NCBI GenBank assembly: GCA_963761305.1
Contig: CAVXGK010000002.1
Span: 384,001 to 448,000, forward strand
Direction: 5' to 3'
DNA: 64,000 nucleotides
Source of the DNA: an uncultured Gemmatimonadaceae bacterium
Lineage (GTDB): Bacteria > Gemmatimonadota > Gemmatimonadetes > Gemmatimonadales > Gemmatimonadaceae
The first letter of the stretch is position 1; each line of letters starts with the position of its first letter. Below the pieces are notes generated by a model, which saw only the letters and a program-made list of their open reading frames with translations, was not told where the DNA came from and ran no database searches. This document shows positions 10,145-18,674 of this stretch, piece by piece. Position numbers and translations under genes: made by a program.

Positions 10145-10378
10145 ATGACATGCGCCGCTTTGACTCTCTTCGAGACCACCGCCGAGGACCGTGCATGGCT
10201 CGCTGCCCGCATGGCGCTTCGGGCCTTCGGAGACGGGACCCTCGCCGCCGATTGGCTCGTCCACCCCAACGATCGGTTCTCGGGGAAGTCGCCCCTGATT
10301 GTGGCGAAAGAGAGCATGGTTGGGTGCGCGCGGGTCTGCCAAACACTCGACGGACTCGTTCCGCGCTGGACGGCATAG
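10145..10378 (+). CDS. Stand-alone Xre/MbcA/ParS antitoxin C-terminal-like domain protein
   Basis: AFGD...AADWLVHPNDRFSGKSPL...G..RV...L matches the DUF2384-type pattern. Confidence 0.65.
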   Translation: MTCAALTLFETTAEDRAWLAARMALRAFGDGTLAADWLVHPNDRFSGKSPLIVAKESMVGCARVCQTLDGLVPRWTA

Positions 10379-10495
10379 TCGCAGCATCCCTGCCGCGATT
10401 GAAAATGGGGTAGAGCGGGAGCCGCGCCTGATATCTGGCCTGGTGCTTGCGGCTGCTTTCGCAGCTTGACCGCCGATTTTCCCACCCCCACACAG

Positions 10496-10804
10496 ATGGC
10501 CGAATGGCCCGCGACGGCCGCGCTCTACGCGGCCCTCAGGGACGTTACGCCTGAACTCCACAATATCTCCGGCCGGGATCGCACGCTGTTGCTGCGCGAC
10601 GCGGTGGGCGCCGCCGTGGACGAACTCCGCGCCACCGGTCGCACGTGCGAGCGCATCGTCCGAGTCGTCCGGTGCCTCATGACCGAGGCGGGGGTGGTGA
10701 CGGCGCATGTGCCCGAGGCGATCGACGAGATTGAGGCGTGGTGCGTGCAGCGATTTTACGCGCGGTCGCGCCCGGCCAGCGATGCGATCGACATGGCCGG
10801 CTGA
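10496..10804 (+). CDS. Small helical protein, paralogue 1 of 4
   Basis: LRDAVGAAVDELR..GRTC...IEAWCVQRFY; clear homology to 14755-15069. Confidence 0.75.
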   Translation: MAEWPATAALYAALRDVTPELHNISGRDRTLLLRDAVGAAVDELRATGRTCERIVRVVRCLMTEAGVVTAHVPEAIDEIEAWCVQRFYARSRPASDAIDMAG

Positions 10805-10854
10805 GGGGAACTCGCAGCTCCGTTCGCGGCCCAGGAAATGCTTGTCCCCGGTGC

Positions 10855-11214
10855 ATGCCTTTCGCGCGTACGAGCGACACTGCGATCCCCGCGGAACCGG
10901 TCCAGTTCATCGCTCCGCAGAGTGCTGTCGATGCCATCGACGTCGGGGCCATCATCCGCGAAGCAACGAACGATGGCGTCGCGCGATCGCAGATCGATGT
11001 ACGCCCATTCGGGACCCACGTCGGTTGGGCGCAGATCACGTGTCCCGCCGAGATGACGCTGCGCCTTGTGAATGCCTGGCGGGAAGCCGCCGGAGCAACG
11101 ACCGTCGACGAAAATGGTGAGGAGCGGCTCGCGGCTCTCCGGCGAGCCGCCGTCGCCGCATACCGGGCGTACGATGGCGTGCGTCACAAGCCGGTCGCGC
11201 GTCGTCGTCGGTAA
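10855..11214 (+). CDS. Hypothetical protein
   Basis: Protein-like composition, co-oriented downstream of paralogue 1. Confidence 0.45.
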   Translation: MPFARTSDTAIPAEPVQFIAPQSAVDAIDVGAIIREATNDGVARSQIDVRPFGTHVGWAQITCPAEMTLRLVNAWREAAGATTVDENGEERLAALRRAAVAAYRAYDGVRHKPVARRRR

Positions 11215-11298
11215 ACCTTGAACGCAGCGCAGCTGCGGCTTCCGAGCAGACTCCTCATGGTCGAGCGCAGCTTCCAGGCGCATCGCAATGGGTGACGA

Positions 11299-11358
11299 CG
11301 AGCGCCTGTTGAACTACCGTTCAACAGGCGCTCGAGTACATTGAACACGCGCTCAATG
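11299..11358. promoter_or_regulatory. Tandem palindromic operators TTGAAC-N4-GTTCAA upstream of tetR
   Basis: Perfect 16-bp-arm inverted repeat 11299-11334 plus CATTGAAC-acgc-GCTCAATG at 11339-11358. Confidence 0.7.
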
Positions 11359-11393
11359 AGTCCGGTGTCGTCTCGTCGCCAACCACCCGCGCC

Positions 11394-12002
11394 ATGCCCG
11401 GAACCAAAGTTGCCGTCGCCCTCCGCCGCGAGCAGATCACCACGGCGACCTATGAACTCGCCCTTCGCGGCGGCATTCGCGCCGTCACGGTTCGTAGCGT
11501 CGCGCGCCGAAGTGGGACGAGCGTCGGGCTCGTCATCTTCCATTTCGGGACGAAGGACCGCCTCCTGCTGGCGCTCCTCGAAACGGTGCTCGCAAAGACG
11601 ATGACGTTCTCCGTCGGCCCGGAGATCGTCGCCATCGCCGATCCACTCGACCAACTCATCGCCCTCCTCCGCCAGGAGATGGCCCGGTTGTCGGCGGAGC
11701 CGAAGCGGAACCGCCTCTTCTTCGAGTTCTGGAGCGCGGGGTTGTGGAACCGCGCGATCCGCGTCCGCATGCAGCGCGAGCTCGATCGCTACCGTGAGGC
11801 GTTCCGCCCGATGGCCGAATCGGTGATCAAAGCGGACCCCGATCGGTTCGGGCGGGTCGCGGCCGCTGACCTGGCCGCGGTCGCCGTGAGCTTCGTCAAG
11901 GGCTGCGCGGTGCAGTCGATGGTGGAACCGCACCTCGATACAGATGGGTTCCTGCACGCGGCGGAGTCGCTACTGGCCGCTCCGTCGCTGACACCGCGCT
12001 AG
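11394..12002 (+). CDS. TetR-family regulator (BetI-like C-terminus)
   Basis: RREQI...VTVRSVARRSGTSVGLVIFHFGTKDRLL HTH. Confidence 0.92.
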   Translation: MPGTKVAVALRREQITTATYELALRGGIRAVTVRSVARRSGTSVGLVIFHFGTKDRLLLALLETVLAKTMTFSVGPEIVAIADPLDQLIALLRQEMARLSAEPKRNRLFFEFWSAGLWNRAIRVRMQRELDRYREAFRPMAESVIKADPDRFGRVAAADLAAVAVSFVKGCAVQSMVEPHLDTDGFLHAAESLLAAPSLTPR

Positions 12003-12017
12003 TCGCTCGACCCCGCG

Positions 12018-13706
12018 ATGTTCGTCCCGAAGCTCTTCTCGACGCTCAAGGGCTACACGCGCGCGCAGTTCGGTCGGGATCTGGCCGCCGGTGTCATCGT
12101 TGGCATCGTCGCAATTCCGCTCGCCATCGCGTTTGCCATCGCGAGCGGCGTGACACCGGGTCGCGGCCTCTGGACGGCGATCGTCGCCGGCTTCCTCATC
12201 TCCGCGCTCGGCGGGTCGCGCGTGCAGATCGGCGGCCCAACGGGCGCGTTCGTGGTCATCGTCTACGGCATCGTCCAGAAGTACGGCGTCGACGGACTGA
12301 CGGTCGCGACGCTGATGGCTGGCGTGCTGCTCGTGATCATGGGCTTCGCGAAGCTCGGCAGCGCAATCAAGTTCATTCCTCATCCGGTGATCACCGGATT
12401 CACGAGCGGGATTGCCGTGATCATCTTCTCGAGCCAGGTGAAGGATCTCCTCGGCTTGCGAATGGGGTCCGTGCCCGCGGATTTCGTGTCGAAGTGGGGC
12501 GCGTTCGCCGCCAACGCGTCGAGCGTCACGCCGGCAGCCGTCGTCGTTGCTGTTGTGTCGCTCGTCATCCTCGTAGCATGGCCGCGGATCAGTCAGCGGG
12601 TCCCGGCGCCGTTCGTCGCCCTCGTCCTCGGGACCGTTGTCGCGCGCGCGGCGCATCTTCCGATCGAGACAATCGGCAGCCATTTCGGACCGATCGATCC
12701 GTCAATGCCGCACCCCCAACTCCCGCATTTGTCCGTCAGCGAGGTCACGGGACTCGTTGCCCCGGCCTTCACGATCGCGATGCTGGCGGCGATCGAGTCG
12801 CTGCTGTCGGCGGTGGTGGCGGACGGAATGATTGGCGGGAGGCATCGCTCGAACATGGAGCTCGTGGCACAGGGCATCGCGAACATTGCATCGCCGATGT
12901 TCGGCGGCATCCCGGCGACCGGCGCGATCGCGCGGACCGCAACCAACATCAAGAATGGTGGGCGAACTCCAATCGCCGGCATGACCCACGCGCTGACGCT
13001 GCTCTTGGTGACGCTCTTTTTTGGGCAGTATGCGGCGCAGATTCCGCTGGCGGTGCTCGCGGCAATTCTCGTCGTCGTCGCGTACCACATGAGCGAGTGG
13101 CGAACGTTTCGGGCCGAGCTGCGAATGCCGAAGAGCGACGTCGTCGTCCTGCTCGCGACGTTCGGCCTCACCGTGCTCGTCGATCTGACGGTGGCGATCG
13201 CCGTCGGGATGGTGCTCGCGGCATTCCTGTTCATCCGGCGCATGGCGAGCGTGACCAACGTCAGCATCGTATCGGCGGGCGTCGAGGACGATCTCTCGCT
13301 CGAACCGGCCGAAGCATGGCGGCGATCGATTCCGCCCGGAGTGAGCGTCTTCGAGATCATGGGCCCATTCTTCTTCGGGGCTGTCGAGACCTTTCGCGAG
13401 ACGCTCGACGGCATCGGGGAGCACCCGCGAGTGCTCGTCATCCGCATGCGCGACGTCCACGCGCTCGACTCGACTGGCATGCACGCGCTTCGGGACGTCG
13501 TGCGGCGGAGCCGGCGTGCGGGGGCAGAGGTCATCCTTGCGGACGTGCAACCGCAACCGCGTGCCGCCCTCGAGGCGGCGGGCGCCCTCGACGAGATCGG
13601 CGCGGCGAACATCACCCTGGACATCGACGATGCGCTGGCGCGCGTGTACGAGCTCGATTTGCGGGGCGCGCCACGCCCGGCGCAACCGTTCGAGAAGCGC
13701 CGCTGA
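12018..13706 (+). CDS. SulP/SLC26 anion permease with STAS domain
   Basis: DLAAGVIVGIVAIPLAIAF, QIGGPTGAF, TGAIARTATN motifs; STAS GPFFFGA...LDSTG. Confidence 0.95.
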   Translation: MFVPKLFSTLKGYTRAQFGRDLAAGVIVGIVAIPLAIAFAIASGVTPGRGLWTAIVAGFLISALGGSRVQIGGPTGAFVVIVYGIVQKYGVDGLTVATLMAGVLLVIMGFAKLGSAIKFIPHPVITGFTSGIAVIIFSSQVKDLLGLRMGSVPADFVSKWGAFAANASSVTPAAVVVAVVSLVILVAWPRISQRVPAPFVALVLGTVVARAAHLPIETIGSHFGPIDPSMPHPQLPHLSVSEVTGLVAPAFTIAMLAAIESLLSAVVADGMIGGRHRSNMELVAQGIANIASPMFGGIPATGAIARTATNIKNGGRTPIAGMTHALTLLLVTLFFGQYAAQIPLAVLAAILVVVAYHMSEWRTFRAELRMPKSDVVVLLATFGLTVLVDLTVAIAVGMVLAAFLFIRRMASVTNVSIVSAGVEDDLSLEPAEAWRRSIPPGVSVFEIMGPFFFGAVETFRETLDGIGEHPRVLVIRMRDVHALDSTGMHALRDVVRRSRRAGAEVILADVQPQPRAALEAAGALDEIGAANITLDIDDALARVYELDLRGAPRPAQPFEKRR

Positions 13707-13789
13707 TTCTGGTGACCGACGACGACTTGTTTCAGCGAGTTCACGTCGACGCCCTCACCGCGGTGGTAATTCGACCCGCCGAAGTGGGA

Positions 13790-14013
13790 TCTCACGGGGG
13801 CACCCAGGACTGGCGGGTGACTTTTTGGCCGGCCGGCACTTCACCGTCGGAGTTCCATTTGCCCGGCCAATCAACCCCGTCACCCACACCGACTGGGAGG
13901 GAACGGGCGTCGTCCCGGAGATCAGAGTCGCTGCGAGCGACGCTCTCGAAACCGCGAGGAAGCTCGCCGCCGACCGGCTTTCGGCGAAGCAGCCCGTCGG
14001 TGTGGCGCCCTAA
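13790..14013 (+). pseudogene. C-terminal remnant of an S41 (IRBP-like) peptidase
   Basis: HFTVGVPFARPINPVTHTDWEGTGVVPEI..AASDAL with no start or catalytic N-terminal part. Confidence 0.7.
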
Positions 14014-14063
14014 CGTGCGAACTCATACGGTCACCCCGTCAGGCGTGGCGAGCCCTGAGCGCC

Positions 14064-14267
14064 GTGGAGGTCCGAGACCGCGCGGTGGTCCTGCGCGACG
14101 TCGTGTGGGCGGCGGTGAACGAGCTCCGGACGCCGGGTCGGACGTGTGCGCGCGTCGTGACACTCATCAAACTCCTGGCAACCGAAGGGGGCTTGGACGA
14201 AGCGCACACCCCAAAGGTGATGGACGACATCGTTGCGTGGTGCGTTCAGCGATACTACGGTCCGTAG
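14064..14267 (+). CDS. Small helical protein, paralogue 2 (short or 5'-truncated)
   Basis: RDRAVVLRDVVWAAVNELRTPGRTC...IVAWCVQRYY. Confidence 0.65.
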   Translation: MEVRDRAVVLRDVVWAAVNELRTPGRTCARVVTLIKLLATEGGLDEAHTPKVMDDIVAWCVQRYYGP

Positions 14268-14338
14268 TCGATCGGGCTGGCCCGATTGGAGTCGCCGCAT
14301 ATCCGGACCGGAATGAGATATGCGAACCGACGTACTCG

Positions 14339-14665
14339 ATGCCGAGTCGATACCCTGACGGCGTGTGGTCGCTCGCGACAGTGCTGGAAAGCCAACTCCG
14401 TGGGGTCGAGTGTCCACTGAGTCCGGCGAGACGTGCGGCCGTGCGTGAGTGCGTCTGCGAGTACGTGGACGCGACGAAGGCGCTGGGCTGGCCCCCTGAG
14501 CGCGTCATCGCGGCGGTGAAGCAGATCGCTGTCGACGCGGGACTCGCCCCCTCGTACTCCGTCACGTCCACCGCCGCACATCTCTCGGGCACGGACCGGT
14601 TGGCGGCCGACATCGTGGATTGGTCCATCGAGCGGTTCTACGACGGCACTGACGCGCCGAGATAG
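14339..14665 (+). CDS. Small helical protein, divergent paralogue 3
   Basis: VRECVCEYVDATKALGWPPERVIAAVKQIAVDAG...DIVDWSIERFY aligns with the other copies. Confidence 0.65.
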   Translation: MPSRYPDGVWSLATVLESQLRGVECPLSPARRAAVRECVCEYVDATKALGWPPERVIAAVKQIAVDAGLAPSYSVTSTAAHLSGTDRLAADIVDWSIERFYDGTDAPR

Positions 14666-14754
14666 GCCGACCTCCCCAATCGCCTGATCGCACGGCGACT
14701 GGTGCGCGGCGTGCACTAGCGTCCGTCATAACCGTTCCTTGTCAACCACGCAAC

Positions 14755-15069
14755 ATGCATGGATGGCCCGCGACTGTCGCTCTGTTCGACGCGCTGGCGG
14801 CTGCAGCTACGCCGGAAGCGCGCGCCCTGTCTCGCCGAGACCGCGCGCTGCTTCTGCGCGACGCTGTCTCTGCGGCCGTGGACGAGTTGCGCGCCGGTGG
14901 TCGGCCCTGCGTCCGCGTTCTGATGGTTGTTCGATCTCTCTCAGTCGCGGCGGGGTTCGATCAGCGGCGCGCGCCCGAGGCGATCGACGACATCGAGGCG
15001 TGGTGCGTCCAGCGGTACTACGCGCCCGAGCGACGCGTGGGAGAGCCGCGCGACACAAACGAACCATGA
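14755..15069 (+). CDS. Small helical protein, paralogue 4
   Basis: WPATVAL...LRDAVSAAVDELRAGGRPC...IEAWCVQRYY. Confidence 0.75.
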   Translation: MHGWPATVALFDALAAAATPEARALSRRDRALLLRDAVSAAVDELRAGGRPCVRVLMVVRSLSVAAGFDQRRAPEAIDDIEAWCVQRYYAPERRVGEPRDTNEP

Positions 15070-15450
15070 TGCCCGCGCGGGAAGGGGATGCGCGAATCGT
15101 CCACCGATCCGGTCATCCGTTCGCCACCACGAGCGGGTTGGTGAATGAGAGCCATAGGAATCCGGCGATGAGCGCGGAGGCCATCAGCGCGAGAGCCGCG
15201 ACCTGGATCCAGCGGAGCCGATTTGTCGACGTCACAGATGGCGCCCCGTCTTTGTTAACGGGCCGTCGCGCGCAGGGCCGCGCGGAGTGCGATGAACGAC
15301 GCCGCGCCAGCTCCAAACGCGATCGCAGTCTCGACCGCGGCAAGGTCTCTCATTCGGGTCATCATCTTGATAGACGCGGCACCGAGACTCGAGGCAAAGA
15401 TTCTTAGGGAGCGGACGTCGAACCCTTACCTAAACCCCTGGGAGGTTGCG

Positions 15451-15843
15451 ATGAGAGCAAAGGTTCTTCTTGTCCTGACGCTTGCGAACATGGCTCTGCT
15501 GGTGTTCTCGCTGGCTCAGACTCGCGTTGCCGCCGCGGCGAATGCCCAAGCGCCGGTCCTCCGGGGGCGGGCTCTCGAGATTGTCGACGACCAGGGGCGC
15601 GTTCGGTCGACCCTGACCGTGATCCCTGCGGACCCGAGGACGGGCTATCCGGAGACCGTGCTGCTGCGCCTCATCGACTCCAAGGGGCGTCCCAGCGTCA
15701 AGATCGCCGCCACGGAGGATGGGTCCGCGCTGGGCCTCGGTGGAGAGTCGGATCCGACTGGTATCTCAATGCTGGCTCGCGGAACGACGACATCCATCAA
15801 GCTGACCAACAAGGACGGGCACGAGCAGATGTACAAACCGTGA
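15451..15843 (+). CDS. Exported hypothetical protein
   Basis: GGAGGT RBS, N-terminal hydrophobic helix, VLRGRALEIVDDQGRVR beta-rich motif. Confidence 0.7.
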   Translation: MRAKVLLVLTLANMALLVFSLAQTRVAAAANAQAPVLRGRALEIVDDQGRVRSTLTVIPADPRTGYPETVLLRLIDSKGRPSVKIAATEDGSALGLGGESDPTGISMLARGTTTSIKLTNKDGHEQMYKP

Positions 15844-15906
15844 TCGTTAAGAAGCACCCGCGGACTAGGACGCCATGAGCAGTCTGCGTTGACCACGGAG
15901 GTTGGG

Positions 15907-16473
15907 TCAGGCTTTCCAATGGCCCTCGACAAAGAACCATCCGCGCTTCTCGTGCTCCCAGCGCCCGTCCACCCATGCGTGGAACCCGGGCTCGGGCCGC
16001 GCCCAGTGGCCTGCAATCCATTCGAACTCCCCATTACGAGAACCCCAATAGCCCTTGATCCACACGTGCTCCGGACTCGGTCGTGCCACGATGACCTCGT
16101 CTCGCACCGGGGGCGGCCGGCGGGCGACATAGACGACCGGTTCGACGCGTCCTTCGACGAAGTACCAGCCCCGCGGCTCGTGCACCCAGTGGCCAGCCAC
16201 CCATCGCTCTCCGGGCTCGAGCCGGCGCCAGTGTCCCGGCGACCACTCGTACTCGCGCCGATTGGCGAGCCATACCCAGTGTCCCTGCACCCAGATGTGG
16301 TCATCGCCGGGGGCTGCGGCGATCAGCTCCACGCGCGCCGGCGGGGGCTCGCGATCGACATAGACGACCTCCATCCGCGGCGGCGGGGCGACCGGTCTCA
16401 CCGTCGCCACGCATGCGGAGCAAATGAGGCTCGACGCGACGACGGTGCTCAAAATGTGGCCCTTTTGAATCAT
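15907..16473 (-). CDS. YXWGXW/WXXGXW-repeat lipoprotein with two tandem modules
   Basis: Repeated WVQGHW/WSPGHW/WVAGHW/WIKGYW; two PPP-led modules; signal ending CSAC. Confidence 0.85.
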   Translation of the reverse strand: MIQKGHILSTVVASSLICSACVATVRPVAPPPRMEVVYVDREPPPARVELIAAAPGDDHIWVQGHWVWLANRREYEWSPGHWRRLEPGERWVAGHWVHEPRGWYFVEGRVEPVVYVARRPPPVRDEVIVARPSPEHVWIKGYWGSRNGEFEWIAGHWARPEPGFHAWVDGRWEHEKRGWFFVEGHWKA

Positions 16474-16700
16474 CGCCGACTCCGGTTGGCGTCCTCGTGT
16501 GTGACGGCGCATCCCAGCGGGCGGTAACCCGGCTAGTGGCGTCTTGACGCGAACCGCTCGAGTGAATGGATCCCGAAGAATCGGCGAACGTCGGCCCGAA
16601 CTCAGAACGGGAGTACCCGGATCGACGCGAGATCGTCCTGCCGAGTGAGCGTTCGCTGTATTGGCGACCGTGCGTCCTCAGCCAATGCGAGAGTCAGTCC

Positions 16701-17207
16701 ATGCCCGCTGAAACCCAACTGACGCGCCGCTCCGCGTTCTGGATGGGCGTCCTCTTTTTCGGCTGCGGCGTCCCGCCGGTGTTGGGCGCCCTGCGAGTCC
16801 TCCCTGTGCACACGTCGGCGGGAGTCCCGACCTGGATGGGCGTCGCGGCCGGCGTGGCGTTTCTCCTCGCCGGCGTACTCCTCTTCGCCGACTCCGCCGC
16901 GGGCGGCACCAACGCCGACGGATCGATGCCCGCCGCCGCGCCGGCGTATCTCCGACACATTCAAACGGTCGCCGGCATGGCGATCGTCTTGCTGCTGGCG
17001 GTGATGTTGACGTGGATCGCGTTCGGCAGGGGAGAGCGCCACTTCTCGTCGACGATCACGCTGCCGTTCCTCGCGTATCGACCGCGCAACAGCGAGCTGC
17101 CCGGACGAATCGCGTTCGGGATCGGGGCGTCTCTCATCTGGCTCGTGTTGATCTTGGGGACCGGAACCGCGCTCAAGAAACACCTCGCTCGTCTGCGCTC
17201 CGCGTAG
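16701..17207 (+). CDS. Hypothetical 4-TM membrane protein
   Basis: Four hydrophobic segments. Confidence 0.65.
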   Translation: MPAETQLTRRSAFWMGVLFFGCGVPPVLGALRVLPVHTSAGVPTWMGVAAGVAFLLAGVLLFADSAAGGTNADGSMPAAAPAYLRHIQTVAGMAIVLLLAVMLTWIAFGRGERHFSSTITLPFLAYRPRNSELPGRIAFGIGASLIWLVLILGTGTALKKHLARLRSA

Positions 17208-17289
17208 CGATCGACGCCACCCGACCGGTTTGCACGTCCACCGCACCGGATACACGCGGACGACGCACTGGATGGCGCGTCCACGCCAC

Positions 17290-17650
17290 CATTCCGCGTC
17301 GATCGCCGCACTTTCGCCGCGAGTGCCGCTGCTCGACCGACCGTCCGCCGGACCGGTCGCTTCGGTCGCCGATTTGGTTGCGCCGGTCACCGCATTCGAC
17401 GCGCCGGCCAGTCGACCGGTCGCGACGGTCAGCGCATCGGACGAGACACCCACTCGACCCGTCGCGACGATCAACGCCTCGGAACCTGCGGCCACCGCAC
17501 CGGTCGAAACCCGCCAGCCGACTTGCGATTGCGATCGCCGATGCGTTCAACCACCGACACTCGGCCGGAACGCACGATCACCGCACTGGTCACAGCAGCC
17601 GTCGCTTCGGGTAAAGCGGTTATTTCAGCAGTTGGCTCGGTCGCCGGCCG
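17290..17650. repeat. Degenerate 21-bp tandem repeat
   Basis: Eight in-register units from 17353, consensus about YCGGTCGCGNCGGTCACCGCA. Confidence 0.7.
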
Positions 17651-18065
17651 TTCCTGTTCGTACATCCAACTTGTCTCATCGATCAACCGATCGCCGCCAA
17701 AGAAAAGTTCATCGCCGCCGGCGACGAGGCGGGTTTACGGAGCGCCCGGCTGACCGTACCGGTCGACGGACATGACCGGTTTCGGCGAAGAGATCATCAC
17801 GCACATCGCGTGAAGTCGCTGCTCTCATCGGACGATTCGACCGGTTGGCGCCAAGAGTTCATCGGAAACACAGAGCGGATCACCGCACTTCACCGCTCGG
17901 AAAAGTCGACTCACCCCCGAGGTTTCCGTTCACACTGGAAGCATTGGTGAACTCACTGCACGGTTCACTGCCAACACCGCCGAGTTCACCGTCTCACACT
18001 GCCCGACGAATCGATCACAGGGCGTGAGTGCTTTCCCGTCCTCCCCATCGCCCACGGATTTTAGT

Positions 18066-18277
18066 CGACATCGTCCCCTCTACTTGGGTTTATCCGCGGA
18101 CGGCATTTTGACTATATATCAATTTATTCCAGTTCTCTCGACTCGCGATTGAGCGGCTTAACTGATGCTCGCCGCTCACGCGAACGTCGACGATGACGAA
18201 AACAACCGCCGACGACGGTTACGGGATGTAGCTAAATCCCGGGTCGCGGATAAACCCATATAGGGGGACTGATATCG
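18066..18277. repeat. Inverted-repeat cassette 1
   Basis: TGGGTTTATCCGCG (18085-18098) pairs perfectly with 18245-18258 and imperfectly beyond. Confidence 0.8.
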
Positions 18278-18422
18278 CGAGTTCTCCCGGCCGCGGCCCC
18301 GCGTAGCGAGCGGTGACATATCCACCGCCTTTCGGACTGATGCTGACGCCGTCGCTGCCGCCTAGAGTCTCTATTCGCACAGCGACCCCCATCAAGCCAC
18401 GATCGCTTCGCCCGCGACCTTG

Positions 18423-18657
18423 CGACACGCGCCCCTCTACTTGGGTATTATCGCCGACCCGTGTTTCGGGTACCTCGCACCCTTCGGAAAACACCCGAAA
18501 TTGTCAGCTTTTCGTCAGCACGGCGATCGGCTGACAATCGGCTGACAGGGTTTTTCAGTAGACATTCTCGATTGCTAGTTTAGAAAAGCGTATCACAACG
18601 CCACAGGTACCCGAAATGGCGGTCGGCGATAATACCCAAGTAGGAGGGCTCGTGTCG
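18423..18657. repeat. Inverted-repeat cassette 2
   Basis: 53-bp arms 18423-18475 and 18605-18657, 46/53 complementary, 23-bp perfect core. Confidence 0.9.
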
Positions 18658-18674
18658 ACGACAATCTCGCCCCG

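Noticed and set aside
18066..18277. oriC or dif site
   Set aside because: TTATCCGCG is two mismatches from a DnaA box and occurs only twice; no dnaA nearby; no XerD TTATGTTAAAT arm
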